A stretch of 64,000 nt of DNA from Bdellovibrionales bacterium (GTDB lineage: Bacteria > Bdellovibrionota > Bdellovibrionia > Bdellovibrionales > UBA1609), in assembly GCA_965205945.1 (NCBI GenBank), contig CBDBIB010000001.1, forward strand, positions 320,001-384,000. The letters are read 5' to 3'. Position 1 is the stretch's first letter. The number at the start of each line of letters is the position of its first letter. Shown in pieces: positions 51,985-62,499 of this stretch. The position numbers and the translations under genes are program-made. The notes below the pieces were generated by a model. That model worked only from the letters and a program-made list of their open reading frames with translations, did no database searches and was not told the origin of the DNA.

Positions 51985-53682
51985 CTAAGGTTGAATAAGT
52001 TGAGTTGCATGAGTCAAACCAGCCTTTGTAATACTCTCACCAGATATAAGTCTAGCAATCTCAGCAATTCGTTCCTCACTATTTAACGAAACTAAGTTAG
52101 TTTGATGACCATTTGTGCCTGAAGTTTTCTCAATTAAGAAGTGATGTTCTCCAAGAGCTGCCACCTGAGGTAAATGTGTGATTGTAATAACTTGTTGACC
52201 TACTGCAAGTGCTCTAAGTTTTCTTCCAATCTTTTCAGCCGTTGGACCACTAACACCGGCATCAATCTCATCAAAAAGATATGTTCTTGGAACTTCTTGA
52301 TTTTCAAGTGCCCCTTTAACAGCTAACAATAACCTACTAAGCTCACCACCACTGGCAGCTTTTTTAATGGATCTTTCTTGAGCTCCATTTCTTGAATGAG
52401 ACAACCAAAAAGATATGCTCTCTTCTCCGCACTCTATGGAGGTGGTTTTTTCCAATTTAATTTTAAAAACAATATCTTTCATATTTAAATCTTTAAGATT
52501 CGTGTTCACAAGTTTTTCAAATCTACTTTTATGTGAAATTCTAGATTCTGTTAATTTTTTTAATAACGGAAAAAGATTTTTATTTATTTCACTTAGTTCA
52601 TTTTGAGTTCTTAACCTATGTTTATCAATTTGTTCAAGATCTAATCGCTGAGCAGATAAGTTATTAAAGATATTTGTAAGCCCTTTAGCATCAGTGTTAT
52701 ATTTTCTAAATAGATGTTCATAAACCCTAAGTCTATCTTTAATCTTTTCAAAAGAGATTTCATCACGACTTTCAAATTGAGCATTTCTAAAACCCCGAAA
52801 GGTTAAAGCCGCGGCTTCAATAACTTGAACAGTCTCATCTAAAGATTTTGACACATCTTTAAGTTGAGTAAAGTCATCACTTACTTTACTAATTTCACTC
52901 ATAAGACTGTAGAGCTGAGACAGTACTGAGTTGTCATTATTGTTTAAAATATCTTCTCCAGAAAAAATAACTTCTTTAAATTTTTCAATTTTAAATTGCT
53001 TTTTTTTGCTCTCTTTAAGCCCCTCATACTCGTTAAGCTGTGGAGAAAACTCCTCAAGCTCAGAAAGTTGAAAGTTTAAAAAGTCAATTTTTTGTAAACG
53101 ATCAGCATCAGATTGGTTAATAACATCTAGTTGGTGCTCTTTTTCTTTTTGAAGAGCATAAAATTTAGAAATTTTAAAACGTAGATCTTTATTTCTACAA
53201 AAAATATCATACAGATTTCTCTGATAAAAGGGGTTTTGTAGATTTTTGTTATCATGCTGATTTGTAAGTTCAACTAAAGGCTCTGACTTTGTTGAAAGTT
53301 CAACTAAGGGGGCTACTATTTTTTTAAGATCAGATACTGTTGCAAGAGAGCCATTAATATAAGTCTTAGACTTACCCTTTGCGTTAATAATTCTTCTAAC
53401 AAGTAAAAAACCTTCTTCATTTCCCGTATAACTAAGAGTTTGTAGTTTTTTATAAAGATCAGATCTATTTAAGATTGAAAATAACCCTTCAACAAGTGTT
53501 TCTGTAGAAAAATCCCCAATAATATCAGACCCTGCCTTTCCTCCCATAAGAAGGTGAAGAGATTTAAGAATAAGTGTTTTCCCAGCCCCTGTTTCTCCCG
53601 TGATAACATTTAACCCCGATTCAAAATGAACGCTTAAATCTTTAATAAGGGCAAAGTTTTTTACTCTTAATTCTGTTAACAT
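51985..53682 (-). CDS. recN: DNA repair protein RecN
   Basis: TGETGAGKT, ASGGELSR, FDEIDAGVSG and ITHLPQVAA. Confidence 0.96.
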   Translation of the reverse strand: MLTELRVKNFALIKDLSVHFESGLNVITGETGAGKTLILKSLHLLMGGKAGSDIIGDFSTETLVEGLFSILNRSDLYKKLQTLSYTGNEEGFLLVRRIINAKGKSKTYINGSLATVSDLKKIVAPLVELSTKSEPLVELTNQHDNKNLQNPFYQRNLYDIFCRNKDLRFKISKFYALQKEKEHQLDVINQSDADRLQKIDFLNFQLSELEEFSPQLNEYEGLKESKKKQFKIEKFKEVIFSGEDILNNNDNSVLSQLYSLMSEISKVSDDFTQLKDVSKSLDETVQVIEAAALTFRGFRNAQFESRDEISFEKIKDRLRVYEHLFRKYNTDAKGLTNIFNNLSAQRLDLEQIDKHRLRTQNELSEINKNLFPLLKKLTESRISHKSRFEKLVNTNLKDLNMKDIVFKIKLEKTTSIECGEESISFWLSHSRNGAQERSIKKAASGGELSRLLLAVKGALENQEVPRTYLFDEIDAGVSGPTAEKIGRKLRALAVGQQVITITHLPQVAALGEHHFLIEKTSGTNGHQTNLVSLNSEERIAEIARLISGESITKAGLTHATQLIQP

Positions 53683-54527
53683 TATGACCTTTCTCCAAAT
53701 TTAAGTTTTTCTTTTAAAAGATCAAAATAATTGTGAAATGGATCTTTTAAAACAAGAAGGCTTTTGTTTGATTTTTTAAGTATAACTTCAAAGTCAGGAT
53801 CAATATCCTGTATGCTTTGTCCATCAATATTTAATTGAGCATTTTGATCACCTTTAGCAAGTTGTAGTCTAATTTCATGATGGTCAGGCAGCACTATTGG
53901 ACGAGAAGTTAAACTATGTGGACAAACAGGTGTTATAATAAAAGCCTTTGTATTAGGGAATAAAATAGGCCCTCCTGCTGCAAGATTATAAGCTGTACTT
54001 CCTGTTGCAGTTGAGACAATCAGACCGTCGGCTTTAAGATCTGAAACTAAGTGATTTTGCGAAAATATTTTAATACGGACTAATTGTGACCTTAAGCCTC
54101 TTTCAATAACAATGTCGTTTAAACATTTATAAGTTTTAAGAGGCTCTCCTTTAGAAAGGATAGTGGCTTCTAAAAGAGTACGTTTATAACTCTTAAGTTG
54201 ATTTTTTAAAACCTTATCCATAAGAGAATAGATTTCATCACTCTTATTATCAGTCAAAAATCCAAGGGACCCTAAATTTACACCAACTAAAGGAATATCT
54301 AAATTCACAAGAGCTCTGGATGCAGCAAGGTAAGTCCCATCTCCACCCAGAACTAAAACAGTCTGAGGAGGAGGAGAAACTTTAGAAAAACAACCCTCTG
54401 TAAGTTTAAAAGAAGAAAATCTATGTACAGATTTGATTTTCTTACTTTTTAAATAGGTTGTGAGTTCTTCTGAAAGGGTAAATGCTTCTAAAGAGTCTGT
54501 TCGGTATACAAGTGCAATAGATTTCAT
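53682..54527 (-). CDS. nadK: NAD kinase
   Basis: LGGDGT, GSLGFL, LND and DGLIVSTATGSTAYNLAAGGP. Confidence 0.96.
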   Translation of the reverse strand: MKSIALVYRTDSLEAFTLSEELTTYLKSKKIKSVHRFSSFKLTEGCFSKVSPPPQTVLVLGGDGTYLAASRALVNLDIPLVGVNLGSLGFLTDNKSDEIYSLMDKVLKNQLKSYKRTLLEATILSKGEPLKTYKCLNDIVIERGLRSQLVRIKIFSQNHLVSDLKADGLIVSTATGSTAYNLAAGGPILFPNTKAFIITPVCPHSLTSRPIVLPDHHEIRLQLAKGDQNAQLNIDGQSIQDIDPDFEVILKKSNKSLLVLKDPFHNYFDLLKEKLKFGERS

Positions 54528-54551
54528 ATTAGATCCTTGTTAAATAAATAT

Positions 54552-56585
54552 TTAAATAAGTTGATCTCTTTTAAGTAAAGCATTTACACAAGGCTTACGT
54601 CCACGAAACTTAATGTAGAGCTTTTCAGGATGCTCAGTGCCTCCTCGTTCTAAAACATATTTTTTAAAAGCTTTTGCTACGTCAGGATTAAAAACCCCTT
54701 TTTCTTGAAAATATTCAAAAGCATCTGCATCTAAAACCTCTGCCCATTTGTAGCTATAATAACCTGCTGAGTATCCACCAGAAAAAATATGTCCAAAAGA
54801 ACATGAAAAGCTTGTTCCTTCAACTTTATCTAAAAGTTTTAAATCTTTTTCTACTTCAAATTCAAAATCAAAAATATTTGTAATTTCACCAGGATCAACA
54901 GTGTGCCATTTCATATCAAGTAAACTAAAAACAAGCTGTCGAACATTTCTATAACCAGTTTGAAAAGCTTGGGCATTTTTAAGTTTTTTAATAAGCTCTT
55001 TAGGTATAACTTTTTTAGTTTTGTAATGGTGAGCAAACAGGTTTAAAGACTCCTCTTCTAAAGTCCAATTTTCCATAATTTGTGACGGCAACTCCACAAA
55101 ATCCCAGTAAACGCTTGTTCCAGATAAAGATCTATAGGTGCACTGTGAAAAAAGATCATGTAAAGCATGGCCAAACTCATGAAACAAAGTTCTAACTTCA
55201 TTGTACGTGAGTAAAGAAGGTTTGTTTAAAGTAGGTTTTGTAAAGTTACACACAATACTTACGTGTGGGCGTCTAAGTTTATTTTTAAAAAGACCTTGCG
55301 ATCTAAATTTAGTGCACCACGCACCGGATCTCTTTGATTCTCTTGGGAAAAAATCTGTATAAAAAATACCAATAAAATCATCTCCACTATGTACTTTAAA
55401 AGTTCTAACATCTTCATGGTATTTAGACACATTAAAAGTTTCTTTAAATGTAACACCATAAAGCTTCTTTGCATGAAGAAAAGCCCCATCTAAAACCTTT
55501 TCTAAAGAAAAGTAAGGCTTTGTTTCTTCATCACTAATATTATATTTTTTTTGTCTCAATTTTTCAGAATAATACGCAAAATCCCAAGGCTTAAATTCTG
55601 TAAGACCGTCTACCTCATTAGCAAAAGCTTTAACTTCTTTAACTTCTTTTTTTGCTTTATCAAAGCTATACTTTTTTAAATTCTGTAAAAATTCATAAAC
55701 ATTTACAGAGTTCTTAGCCATTCGATCCTCTAAAACATACTCTGCATAATTATTAAAGCCTAGAAGTTTAGCTTTTTCATAGCGCAATTTCACAATCTTT
55801 AAAACATTTTCTTGATTTGAAAACTTTCCTTCCACAGCTTTTGTTGCATTTGCAATATAAAAAAATTTTCTAATCTCTCTATTTAAATTGTACTTCATCA
55901 TTGAGATTAAGCTTGGATACTGCAATGAAAAAGCATAGGTTCCTTGAGGAAGTTTTTTTTTCTTGGCCTCATCTTTTGCTGCTTCTACTGCTGATTCAGG
56001 TAGCCCCTTAAGATCATTTTTATTTATAGTACTCCATTTAAAAGAATTTGTAGCAGATAAAATATTTTTAGAAAATCTTGGAGATAAAATAGAAAGTTTA
56101 GAGTCTATTTTAACAAGTTTTTTTTTGTCTTTTTCATTAAGATTTGCACCATTTTTTATAAAAGCCTTATAACTTTTTTTTAAAAGCATTTTTTGTTCTA
56201 AATTTAATTTGTTAGACTTATAATCATTATCATAAACTGCCTTAACTCTTTTAAAAAGACCCGGGTTAAGTAAAATTTCATTTGAATGATTAGCTAGAAT
56301 TGAAGAAAACTTTTCAACTACGTTTTGAATGTCATCGTTTGTATGCCCGCTAAAAAGAGAAAATAAAATTAAAAGAACTGATTCAAGATTTTCATCGGCA
56401 GCTTCTAAGGCTAACAGTGTGTTTTTAAAAGTAGGGGCCTTCGTATTAGCAACAATTGCTTTGATATTTTCTTTAGCCTCATTAATACCTTTAACAATTG
56501 CAGCTTCAAGCTCTTTAATGTCTAAATGAGCAAAATTAAATGTTTCAAATTCATTATCAGGTATCTTAAAGTATTTATGCCCCAC
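54552..56585 (-). CDS. dcp: M3A metallopeptidase (Dcp / oligopeptidase A-like)
   Basis: LFHEFGHALH, WDFVELPSQ and HIFSGGYSAGYYSYKWAEVLDAD. Confidence 0.92.
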   Translation of the reverse strand: MGHKYFKIPDNEFETFNFAHLDIKELEAAIVKGINEAKENIKAIVANTKAPTFKNTLLALEAADENLESVLLILFSLFSGHTNDDIQNVVEKFSSILANHSNEILLNPGLFKRVKAVYDNDYKSNKLNLEQKMLLKKSYKAFIKNGANLNEKDKKKLVKIDSKLSILSPRFSKNILSATNSFKWSTINKNDLKGLPESAVEAAKDEAKKKKLPQGTYAFSLQYPSLISMMKYNLNREIRKFFYIANATKAVEGKFSNQENVLKIVKLRYEKAKLLGFNNYAEYVLEDRMAKNSVNVYEFLQNLKKYSFDKAKKEVKEVKAFANEVDGLTEFKPWDFAYYSEKLRQKKYNISDEETKPYFSLEKVLDGAFLHAKKLYGVTFKETFNVSKYHEDVRTFKVHSGDDFIGIFYTDFFPRESKRSGAWCTKFRSQGLFKNKLRRPHVSIVCNFTKPTLNKPSLLTYNEVRTLFHEFGHALHDLFSQCTYRSLSGTSVYWDFVELPSQIMENWTLEEESLNLFAHHYKTKKVIPKELIKKLKNAQAFQTGYRNVRQLVFSLLDMKWHTVDPGEITNIFDFEFEVEKDLKLLDKVEGTSFSCSFGHIFSGGYSAGYYSYKWAEVLDADAFEYFQEKGVFNPDVAKAFKKYVLERGGTEHPEKLYIKFRGRKPCVNALLKRDQLI

Positions 56586-56688
56586 AGGTTTCTCCAGTCT
56601 TGATATGATGGAAAAACCTTAACATAAGCTCTTTATTTACGTCAGGGATAGGTCTTAAATTGAAGCTCTGTATAAAAAAAAGCTATTG

Positions 56689-57183
56689 CTAATAATAAAG
56701 CTCTGTTGGTTCTAAAGAAGGCAAACACCCTGTAATCTCCGGATTGTACTGCTCTCCAGTACATTCTCCGGTATTAGGCTGTGTAAAGCCAAGAAAATCA
56801 GTTTGAGCAAAGGTTGGGTTTACACTTGAACAATAATCAAAGCTTCCGTTTTGAAAAACAGGAAGCTGACCAACTTTAGGGCACATATCCTTATAATGCC
56901 ATCCAAAATCTATATAAAAACCAACGCCAATACCAATACTTTTATGGATAATAGCATAGGGTTGATAACCACGATTTGGATCATATTCACCTAAATAAGG
57001 ACAGTCTATATTTCCAGGAAGGCCTACAGGAAAGTTTTGGTTATTACACTGAGTTGGATTCGTATAGATTTTAGCTGTTCCATCAGAAGAGCCAGGACCT
57101 GAGCACCCAGTTAAACTCAAAAAACTCAAAAACAGTACAGTTAGGCTTAAACTAAATTTTTCAAAACTTCTTATCTTATTCAT
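56689..57183 (-). CDS. Cys-rich hypothetical lipoprotein
   Basis: Lipobox LTGC, six further Cys, AAGGAG SD. Confidence 0.78.
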   Translation of the reverse strand: MNKIRSFEKFSLSLTVLFLSFLSLTGCSGPGSSDGTAKIYTNPTQCNNQNFPVGLPGNIDCPYLGEYDPNRGYQPYAIIHKSIGIGVGFYIDFGWHYKDMCPKVGQLPVFQNGSFDYCSSVNPTFAQTDFLGFTQPNTGECTGEQYNPEITGCLPSLEPTELYY

Positions 57184-57509
57184 AATAATAGCTCCTTTTC
57201 TTTACTAATACAAAAACCAAGCCTACTACTTTGGGCTCAGACCATAAAAAAAGCCCTGCTTAAGAAAATTTTAGTAAATAATTCTATATTAATGACAAAT
57301 TTTGTCAGAAAAAAAGCCCTCTCCGTAAAAGATCAGGGTTTAGGCACACCATAAAAAGGGTACTTGTCATAAATTGAATGTAAACCCAGGACCAATGCCC
57401 TGACATGGTGAAAGTAGAATTATATTCTTAGGCAATATCAAGGATCTAAATATAAGCTTTCCTTATTATTAGGAGAGTTTTTATAAATTAAAAAGATGCT
57501 GTTGAACAC

Positions 57510-57873
57510 ATGTTCGATCTTGAAAAATCTAATTTTATTATAAGAACTGGCTAAAGTCTTTAAAGACAGAATGGTCGTAGAAATTAAACCAGACCCTAAT
57601 AAAGATCAAATCTACTCCAAGTGCAAACCCTTGGTTCAGAAAATTCATGACTACAGAAAAATCAAACTTAAAGACATGCCTTATAGTCTTAAAGAATGTG
57701 AGTGAAGAATTAAATTTAGCCAAATAAAGTGCAACTGCTCTAATAGACCACAAAGTGAGTTCTTAGACTTTAAAGCTGAAAAACACAACATTGCAAAAAG
57801 ACTTTAAAACAATATTGAGTTTATGCTCTCTTCTAAAATGGTAACAGTTTCAAATACAGCTACCCAATTTTAG
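57510..57873 (+). mobile_element. ISL3-family transposase N-terminal remnant (pseudogene)
   Basis: ...SKCKPLVQKIHDYRKIKLKDMPYSLKECE*RIKFSQIKCNCSNRPQSEFLDFKAEKHNIAKRL*NNIEFML fits the ISL3 zinc-finger pattern (C...HDYR.R...DLP...C..C...E.LDF......T.RL). Stops at 57703, 57805 and 57871. Confidence 0.6.
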
Positions 57874-57994
57874 ATAAGAACCGATCTTTTAAGAAGAGGG
57901 CGTTTTTACAGCTGTAAACTGTCACTTAGTTTTTAGATATAACAATTTTTAAATACTCAAAAAGCTTTAAAATGAAAAATTGCCATATTAAGCC

Positions 57995-58010
57995 TGGCAT
58001 AAGCCTTGCT
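57995..58010 (+). promoter_or_regulatory. Sigma-54 (-24/-12) promoter
   Basis: TGGCAT-AAGCC-TTGCT about 100 nt upstream of the S8 peptidase. Confidence 0.7.
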
Positions 58011-58112
58011 CTAATGCTTTATAACGATATAAATATTTAAAAAAACTAATATAATGCTAAGAGTTTATTAAGGAAACACTAACGTAACCCAATAACAAGG
58101 AGGAGAAACACA

Positions 58113-59765
58113 GTGATTTTAATCAAGAAGATTGTAATAGCTTCACTTATTTTAACAATAGTAAGCCCTTTAGCTTTTGCTAAAGAGTATGTTGTAGGTT
58201 TTAAACCCGGTGCGTTTAAACAGGCCACAGCAGAAATGAGTTTCATGGGAGTGAGTACTGTTCCTGTAAGAGTTTTTAAAAATTTAGAACTTATGATTGT
58301 AGATGTAAATTCAAAGAGTGATTTACTTAAGCTTAAAGCTGATTTAAATATTGAATTTGTTGAAAGTGTTAACAGGTTTAGGGCTCCACAAAGAAATTAT
58401 TTTTTACCTGAGGTTGTTAAAGATTCTTTTGATAAAAAATTAGTAGATTACCCTTGGGGGATTTTAGAATTAGATGCTCCCGCTGCATGGCCACATTCTA
58501 GAGGTGGTCAAGGTGTTAAAGTTCTTGTTCTAGATTCGGGCATTGATAAGGATCATCCAAATATAGCTTCAAGGTTTGTTGAGGGTAGAAGTTTTGTTTC
58601 AAAAAATTTCATAAACAAAATAAATTCCATAAACAAAATAAATTTCAGAAACAAAATAAATTTGAAGCTTCCATACCCATATTTTGATGATTCTGGTCAT
58701 GGAACTCATGTTGCTGGAACTATTTTAGCTGATGGCTTTGGAACAGGCGTTGTAGGTGTTGCACCTCAAGCCTCACTATACTCGGGAAAGGTTTGTATTT
58801 TTAAGTATTGTGAAGAAACTGCTATAATAGCAGGAATTGATTGGGCCATTGGCGAAGGTATGGACGTCGTAAATATTTCTTTATCTAGTTCATTTGGTAA
58901 TGCTATAGAGGCAAAGGTGTATAAAAAAGCTGAAGAAGCAAATGTTGTTGTTGTTGCAGCATCTGGAAATAATGGAAGGTATAAAATTTCATATCCAGCA
59001 AGGTACCCACATGTACTCTCAGTAGGAGCTATTGATGAAGAAAGAGATGTTGCTGATTCTTCTAACTGGCACGTTGATTTAGATGTAGTTGCTCCAGGTA
59101 CAAATGTTTTATCCTCACTGCCACTAGGAACAGGGAGGGAATCGACTATAGGTTTTACTATTGATAGTTATTTGGTACTTACAGACTCTTCTTCAATAAA
59201 AGGATCTAACGTTGGTGTTGTACAAGGGTTGCCTGTTGAGTATGTTGGATTTGGAAAATCTGAGGATTTTAAAGATGTTGATTTAACCGGAAAGGTTGCC
59301 TTGATTTCTAAAGGTGAGATTTCGTTTGCAGATAAGGCACAAGCCGCGTTGGAGGCAAATGCATCAGCTATGGTTATATTTAATAATGTTGATGGTGAAT
59401 TAGAAGGAACCATAGAAAATGATTTGGATATAATTGCTGTTGGGATTAAAAAATCTATAGGCGAAAGGATTGTTGAAATTTTAAAGGGCAACGAGGATAA
59501 TTCTAAAGAAACAGTTGTGACTTTAAGTGCTAAAGTCAGTGCTTCAGATTATGGTTATTTGTCTGGAACATCTATGGCAGCTTCTCATGTTTCAGGCGTG
59601 GCTGCTTTGATAAGATCTACAAACCCAAAGCTTACAGCAGTGCAGGTAAAGAAGATTATTAAGTCTTCAGTTATTAAGGTGCAAATAGACGGTGATTTAG
59701 ACAATAAGTATGGTAAAGGTATTGTAAACGCTTTTAAGGCTGTTAAAGAGGGACTTCAAGACTGA
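58113..59765 (+). CDS. Secreted S8 subtilisin-like serine protease with PA-domain insertion
   Basis: Signal peptide, VLDSGID, HGTHVAG, AASGN, PA domain (DLTGKVALISKGEISFADK) and GTSMA. AGGAGG SD, GTG start. Confidence 0.95.
   Translation: MILIKKIVIASLILTIVSPLAFAKEYVVGFKPGAFKQATAEMSFMGVSTVPVRVFKNLELMIVDVNSKSDLLKLKADLNIEFVESVNRFRAPQRNYFLPEVVKDSFDKKLVDYPWGILELDAPAAWPHSRGGQGVKVLVLDSGIDKDHPNIASRFVEGRSFVSKNFINKINSINKINFRNKINLKLPYPYFDDSGHGTHVAGTILADGFGTGVVGVAPQASLYSGKVCIFKYCEETAIIAGIDWAIGEGMDVVNISLSSSFGNAIEAKVYKKAEEANVVVVAASGNNGRYKISYPARYPHVLSVGAIDEERDVADSSNWHVDLDVVAPGTNVLSSLPLGTGRESTIGFTIDSYLVLTDSSSIKGSNVGVVQGLPVEYVGFGKSEDFKDVDLTGKVALISKGEISFADKAQAALEANASAMVIFNNVDGELEGTIENDLDIIAVGIKKSIGERIVEILKGNEDNSKETVVTLSAKVSASDYGYLSGTSMAASHVSGVAALIRSTNPKLTAVQVKKIIKSSVIKVQIDGDLDNKYGKGIVNAFKAVKEGLQD
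58605..58663 (+). repeat. In-frame 18-bp tandem repeat x3.3
   Basis: AATTTCATAAACAAAATA / AATTCCATAAACAAAATA / AATTTCAGAAACAAAATA / AATTT, encoding NFINKI-NSINKI-NFRNKI. Confidence 0.9.
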
Positions 59766-59793
59766 TACTTAATTTTTAAAGCCTAAATAAGAA

Positions 59794-60132
59794 GCTCTTA
59801 CTGTTGATGAGAGTTTTTTAGAATTCCCCGTATAATTCTGTTGGTGATTACTTTAGGGATTTAACAGTAAGCGCTTTTGGAACAAAGCGAGAAGCTTTAG
59901 GAGAAGTAACTGCAGGGTCATCTAATATTAATATAAGAGGCATTGGATCAACTAATACGCTTTTGTTTTTTTAAATAATGTCAGACTCTAACCAAATGGT
60001 TTAAATGGAGCGGTAGATTTAAATTTGATACCACAAATCGCCATTGAATCTTCTTCTATTTTAAAAAGTAAAGCCTCTGCTATTTATGGATCAGATGCTT
60101 TAGGCGGAGTTATTAGGTGGAAAACAATTTAA
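59794..60132 (+). pseudogene. TonB-dependent receptor plug-domain remnant
   Basis: NSPYNSVGDYFRDL...SNINIRGIGSTNTLLF/LNNVRL*PNGLNGAVDLNLIPQIAIE...ASAIYGSDALGGVI. Frameshift in the T7 run 59966-59972 and stop at 59989. Confidence 0.88.
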
Positions 60133-60178
60133 AGACGGGTATAAGGCGGATCCTTCACAGTATTTTTGAGTCTGTAAA

Positions 60179-60661
60179 TTAAATTGTGTAACTGCGATTT
60201 AATTTACAGACTCTTCTCATTTGTTTTCTATCATCTTTTTCACGAGAAGCCTGTCTTTTATCCCCTTTATTCTTACCTTTACCTAGACCAACAAGAAGTT
60301 TAATTTTTCCTGATTTAACATACATTTTTATAGGAACTAAGCTGATTCCTTTTTCCTTAACCTGACTAAATATTCGGTTAATTTCTTTACGATGCAAAAG
60401 AATCTTTCGAAGTCTTAAAGGCTTATGGTTTGCATATCCACCATTTGTGTACTCAGGTATATGTGCGTTTTGTAAATACAACTCCATTTCCTTAAAAACA
60501 AAAAAAGCTTCTAAAAGCTCACCTTTTTTCTGCCTTAAGGTTTTAACTTCACTCCCTTTAAGACTAATGCCGGCCTCAATAGTTTCTATAATTTCATAAT
60601 TATACCTAGCTTTTTTATTTTGAATTAGGAAAGATGAGGTTCTTTTTTTTTCCTTAGACAT
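60179..60661 (-). CDS. smpB: SsrA-binding protein
   Basis: NKKARYNY, EAGISLKGSEVK, RKILLH and GKGK...DKR. Confidence 0.96.
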   Translation of the reverse strand: MSKEKKRTSSFLIQNKKARYNYEIIETIEAGISLKGSEVKTLRQKKGELLEAFFVFKEMELYLQNAHIPEYTNGGYANHKPLRLRKILLHRKEINRIFSQVKEKGISLVPIKMYVKSGKIKLLVGLGKGKNKGDKRQASREKDDRKQMRRVCKLNRSYTI

Positions 60662-61448
60662 TATTTACCTCAATAAATTGATATAATATAAAGTGTTCAT
60701 CAGCATTGATCTGATCAGGACGTTTTTCTAAATAATGTTTTAACTCCTTAGGCCACTTTACCTTATATTTTTTAAAAACACCTTTCATTTTTTTCCTTCT
60801 TGCTCCAAAAAGTGATTTTAAATGATTCACAAAATCCTTTTTATTCTTAAGCCCTTTTAAAGGCTTCTTAGAAAATGACAATACTATACTTTCAATTTCT
60901 GGAGAAGGGTAAAAACATTTGTTTGAAACTTTAGTGACAGCTTTAACCGTCCACCCAAGTTGACAAATAATTGAAAGAAATCCGTATTTTTTTTTATCAC
61001 CCGGTTGAGCACTAATTCTATCTCCCACCTCTTTTTGAAACATTAAAATCATTTCTTTAAATGGAGATCCTATACAAAAAAGCTCAACCAATAAACGTGA
61101 CGAGATTTGATACGGCAAGTTAGAGATCAGAATTTCATTTATACCAACACCCCTCCAATTAAACTTTAAAGCATCTATAGAATAAACATTGTAGCCTTTA
61201 CTTATCCAATACTTTGAAAGAGTTTTATCAAGTTCCACTAAAAAAACTTTTTCTTTAAAATCTTTAAACTTATTTGTCAAACTTCCTAAGCCTGGTCCTA
61301 TTTCAATAATTTTATTAAAATTATTGAAATCCTTATAACTACAAATTTTTTGTATAGTAGCTTCATCCACTAAAAAATTCTGTCCTAAAGATTTTAACGG
61401 TTTTATATCAAGTTCTTCTAAGAGCTCCTTTACTTGACTAATCTTCAT
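60654..61448 (-). CDS. rsmA: 16S rRNA dimethyladenosine transferase
   Basis: KSLGQNFL, EIGPGLG, SNLPYQIS and MFQKEV. Confidence 0.96.
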   Translation of the reverse strand: MKISQVKELLEELDIKPLKSLGQNFLVDEATIQKICSYKDFNNFNKIIEIGPGLGSLTNKFKDFKEKVFLVELDKTLSKYWISKGYNVYSIDALKFNWRGVGINEILISNLPYQISSRLLVELFCIGSPFKEMILMFQKEVGDRISAQPGDKKKYGFLSIICQLGWTVKAVTKVSNKCFYPSPEIESIVLSFSKKPLKGLKNKKDFVNHLKSLFGARRKKMKGVFKKYKVKWPKELKHYLEKRPDQINADEHFILYQFIEVNNV

Positions 61449-62497
61449 AAAAAATCTTCTGGCTGTGACCGAGCAAATACTTGAAGATTTTCTTCAATTT
61501 TAAAATTATACTCTAACCTTTTGGCTCCTGATAATGCAATCATTGCACCATTATCAGTACAATACTTAAGCTTTGGAATCTTTAATGAAATCTTAAGCTT
61601 ATCTGCAAGCTGAGTAGCTCTACCTCTAAGTACTGAGTTTGCACTCACTCCACCAACAATTGTAAAAACCTTAGGCTTATATTCGAGCAAAGATCTTTCA
61701 AGTTTATAAATTAATACATCCACTGCGCTTTTTAAATATGAAGCTGCTAAATTGTTAATGACCTCTTGTGAAAAAACTTCTTCTTTAAAATTCATTTTTT
61801 TAACTAATCTAACACCTGCAGCCTTTAAACCGGAAAAACTAAAATCATAGTTTAGTTCTTTTATCATGGGAGAAGGGAATACATAAAAATTATCTTTTCC
61901 TTTTTGTGCTGCCTTATCAATCTTAGGTCCACCAGGAAAACCTAAACCTATAACATTTGCAAACTTATCAATTGCTTCGCCAACAGCATCATCCTTAGTT
62001 TTTCCTAAAATTTTATAAGATCCAAATTTTTCACTATAAATAAGCTGTGTATGCCCTCCGCTCACAATTAAAGATACTTGTGGATAAGGCTCTAATTTTA
62101 CCTGTTCTCCCTTATCCACCAACCATGGTGATTGTATATGTCCTTCTAAATGATTTATTCCAATAACTGGAATTTTAAATATTAACCCTAATGTTTGAGC
62201 TGTTACAACCCCCACGATTAAAGAGCCTTGTAGTCCTGGGCGATTGGTTACGGCAATGCCTTTTAAATCTTTACCTCTTAAATTATTTTTTTTTAAAATT
62301 TTATCTATAAGGGGGACTAAAACCTTTAAATGATTCCTAGAGGCTCTTTCTGGAATAATACCTCCAAAAGGTATGTGGTCATCGTCATTAGTCCATTTAT
62401 CAAGGTCAATAACCTGCCCATTAACTTGAACTAATGCAACGCAGGTATCATCACAGCTGGTTTCAATTCCTAGAACAAATTTATTGCTATTTTTCAA
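61445..62497 (-). CDS. tsaD: tRNA threonylcarbamoyltransferase
   Basis: GIETSCDDT, HLEGH, VSGGHT, DDAVGEA and CTDNGAMI. Confidence 0.96.
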   Translation of the reverse strand: MKNSNKFVLGIETSCDDTCVALVQVNGQVIDLDKWTNDDDHIPFGGIIPERASRNHLKVLVPLIDKILKKNNLRGKDLKGIAVTNRPGLQGSLIVGVVTAQTLGLIFKIPVIGINHLEGHIQSPWLVDKGEQVKLEPYPQVSLIVSGGHTQLIYSEKFGSYKILGKTKDDAVGEAIDKFANVIGLGFPGGPKIDKAAQKGKDNFYVFPSPMIKELNYDFSFSGLKAAGVRLVKKMNFKEEVFSQEVINNLAASYLKSAVDVLIYKLERSLLEYKPKVFTIVGGVSANSVLRGRATQLADKLKISLKIPKLKYCTDNGAMIALSGAKRLEYNFKIEENLQVFARSQPEDFL

Positions 62498-62499
62498 GC

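Noticed and set aside
57538..57753. 71-aa minus-strand ORF as a real gene
   Set aside because: The opposite strand matches a decayed transposase, so this is likely a shadow frame.
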